NCBI GenBank assembly: GCA_030704615.1
Contig: CM060733.1
Span: 29,574,001 to 29,638,000, forward strand
Length of the DNA stretch: 64,000 bases
From: Takakia lepidozioides
Taxonomy: Eukaryota > Plantae > Bryophyta
Direction: 5' to 3'
The first letter of the stretch is position 1. Every line of letters starts with the position of its first letter. A program made the position numbers and the translations under genes. The notes below the pieces were generated by a model. That model was not told the DNA's origin. It saw only the letters and a program-made list of their open reading frames with translations, and did no database searches. Of this stretch, positions 61,558-64,000 are shown in pieces.

Positions 61558-62937
61558 GGTGTCCTCCTGCTTTACAGTCAGATGTCGCTTGCCTTGAACG
61601 ACAGAGGCAGCTGTCCCGGGAGTCACAATGGAGCCACCGCATTGTCTTCTTTCACTTCGGAACACACGATATTTTCCTGGAAGAACTCGCCATTCCTTGT
61701 GTTTCTGTGCAATAAGCGATTTTTGGAACAACGTTCTTTGAATGTTTCCCTCTAAGTCATAAATCTCTTTCTCAACAGAAACACAACCAATGTCAAGCCT
61801 GAACCTTGCTGCCAGAACATGCTCCTCCACCACAGCAAAACCATCATCTTCAGCAACAGCACTGAAAGGGCAAGGTTCTTCAGTATAGTGAACTCGGCGA
61901 AGGCCTCGTCATTAGGAGAAGTCATGTGGTGAAGATATGATGGTGAGTACTGGTAATACAACTGTGCAACATGGACAAGCAATAACCTTTTGAAAGCGAT
62001 TGCCACATCCTAGAAGCGTGTGCTAAGGCAAGAGGTTGTTGTATAGTTGGCCCCACACACCATCCAATAACGGTCAAGTGTATTGAACCATACCGCCAAA
62101 ATAGTTGGGCAATTGCCAAATTGATGGAGAAGGGAACAAAAGTGTTTATTTTGTCAGTGGCACAGCACCGGGAAAAGACGGCGCCGTCTTGGATAAGGCA
62201 ATCCAATGTGCGCTTTACGGCGTTCCACCACGTGAACCTGGACAGTGCATTGAGTGCCACACCCGGGAAATATCTGACCCCGGACGCACGCGGAGATGGC
62301 GTTCCTGGCGTTGAGGATGTTTTCTGTCCCAAGAAGGCATAATCCGTGTGGGCGAGGTCGAACACAGGACTCATCCGTGCAATACCAAATCACCAAACAT
62401 CCACATTTTAAGAAAACGCCCTTATTGATGGCAATAGGGGCGCCTAATCAAACGCAGCCACTGAGAACGATCCATTTGGGTGGTTAGAAGGCAGACACGC
62501 ACGTCGCTCACCGCATGCATAACTGACAGCTTATGAGGGTTCATTACTTGGTCTATTGTTGTTAGTCAAGCTGTAGAGTTGTGGGAGTGAGAGAGAAGCC
62601 GTAGGAAGAAGACGTAGAAGGCAGTCCCTTTACTTCACTAGTGCGATAGAGAGGAAAAACGCGCGAGTCAGAATGAGAAAGTTACGCAATCTGCAAAACG
62701 TTGTCGAGCAGGTTGCACGGGATACGCCCACCCAGGAATCACAACAGATGACAGAGGAGGACCAGCTACCTCAAATGGAGGGAAGAAGGGAAGGGGAGGA
62801 GACTGCCCCGGAGACCGATGTGCATGACATGGACATGGACACCAGCGTCGCAAGGCGATCCTCCTCCCAATCTGTATTAAGCTCGCAAGACTGTGGTGCC
62901 AAGTGAATAGATAGGATCTGAGAGATCCCTTAAAAAT

Positions 62938-63743
62938 TGAGTGCAGCACCGCACTCAGTTTTCAGGGGAGCTCTATAGCTTCCGTTGTGGGCTGAGGTGA
63001 AAACATAGAGGTACCAGGATCTGCAATGGAAGCCTGAAAGAGAGACGGGGAAACTGAGTGCGGTGGCGCACTCATTTTTAAGGGATGCTAGGCGATCTCT
63101 TGGGACTTAGGGAAAGAGGAAGGTGATGTCCAGAATGGGGGCTGAGAGACAGCGTAGTGGTCACCCAGAACTGAGTGCGCCACCGCACTCAGTTTTTTGA
63201 GCACCTGTAGATGGTTGATTTGATGATGTCTGAGATGAATCATAAGGTAAAAAAGATTGTGGAATTAGAAACCATTCTTTTTTTACTTATGGGAAAAACA
63301 ACAGAACACCCTGGAAATTGAGTGCGCTGGCGCACTCAGTTTTAACAGAGGAGTCGCCGATCTTTGAATACAGTAGGTAAGACGAAGTTGATATGGAAAC
63401 TGCGGAATGACAGACAGAGTGATGAGGTTTTTATTTGAATGTCATAGAAGAAACAGTTGTACCAATTTGAGTGTGGTGGCGCACTCATTTTTTGCCTCCA
63501 GAATGAAGCACACAATGTGGAAGAGGAAGTGTCAGTGGAGCCATTGAGTGAGTAGAAATGGAGTGCCTGCAATGTACATGATTCCATAGTGGGATGTCCT
63601 AAAAGGTGTCCCAAAAATGAGTGCGCCACCGCACTCAATTCCTGTTGACATGAAAGCAGGGTATTGTATGTTGTTTTGGAGAATTGTTGTTTGTTTGTTC
63701 GGATCCTTTGTGAGTCTTGAAACTGAGTGCGCCTCCGCACTCA
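62938..63743. repeat. Array of seven 20-bp palindromes TGAGTGCG-N4-CGCACTCA with unique spacers
   Basis: Copies start at 62938, 63055, 63172, 63319, 63468, 63618 and 63724, flanked by A-rich / T-rich bases. Confidence 0.9.
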
Positions 63744-64000
63744 ATTCTGGTAGGTGCAAGATCGTGAAAATGTAGCTGTAGAATGACAGATAGGCTGTAA
63801 TTGTGGGAGGTTCAGGGGAGGAAAAGGAAAGGGTTGCAGCCTGAGAAGCAACCGCAGCAGCAGGAGGCAGTGACTGAGAAGCCTGTGGAAGAAGACGATC
63901 CTTTCTACGAAGAGTGGGCGACAAAGGTCCTGGTGTACCAGAAGGTCAAATCCGCGCAGGTACCTGGAGGCAAGATTATGATCCCTCTCTGCTGCCTAAT

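Larger units (their letters stand above)
58080..62400 (-). mobile_element. Rearranged relic of a GCM-like/Cys-His-rich DNA-transposon-type gene (Mutator-like by inference), interrupted by a LINE, a Gypsy protease fragment and an inverted paralogous piece
   Basis: On the - strand: FLPPSFDGDILFEL (~59840-59800), PARMYYV...MTRAYNHFGTHDHHVSQGDCR...SAIALAA (59645-59430), WHIERT...FWFCPDD...IWPVRVGT (58640-58300). On the + strand: TKTSNIHND..LKFQRSVCVGHLRCVNGSC...NESEWEG (58855-59080). The 5' boundary is uncertain. Confidence 0.55.

Noticed and set aside
62938-63743. CRISPR array interpretation of the palindrome repeats
   Set aside because: Eukaryotic context, no cas genes, spacers of 86-130 bp and mixed repeat orientation.

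Overview
Eukaryotic nuclear DNA from a land plant, most likely a non-seed, bryophyte-grade (moss-like) species. This is inferred from the PLS-PPR remnants, the ubiquitin T28 variant and the TE families present. Five genes look intact: a TPD1-like secreted peptide, WDR70 (- strand, possibly with four extra in-frame upstream exons), CDC20/fizzy, a 9-unit polyubiquitin, and Haspin kinase (- strand, with a 4.8-kb LINE in one intron). Between them lie decayed genes: a UPF0114/YqhA-family pseudogene and two tandem pseudogenes in which exons encoding the OSB-type PDF ssDNA-binding motif precede a PLS-class PPR array; a third PDF fragment sits near base 700. The transposon layer is dense. It includes an APE-RT LINE family with (TC)n tails that stacks head-to-tail at TC microsatellites, and a TSD-flanked RNase H + restriction-like-endonuclease (Dualen/RandI-like) LINE fragment with a structured 3' UTR. 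It also includes a hAT element with a nested pogo element, two deleted Gypsy elements, a GCM-like/Mutator-type relic, a tRNA-Gly-derived SINE candidate, a MITE, a ~270-bp foldback, and a spaced array of seven 20-bp palindromes. The most interesting items are the PDF-motif/PPR fusion architecture, the Dualen-like element in a land plant, the TC-associated LINE family and the palindrome array. All family assignments come from motif recognition by eye; no database search was run.
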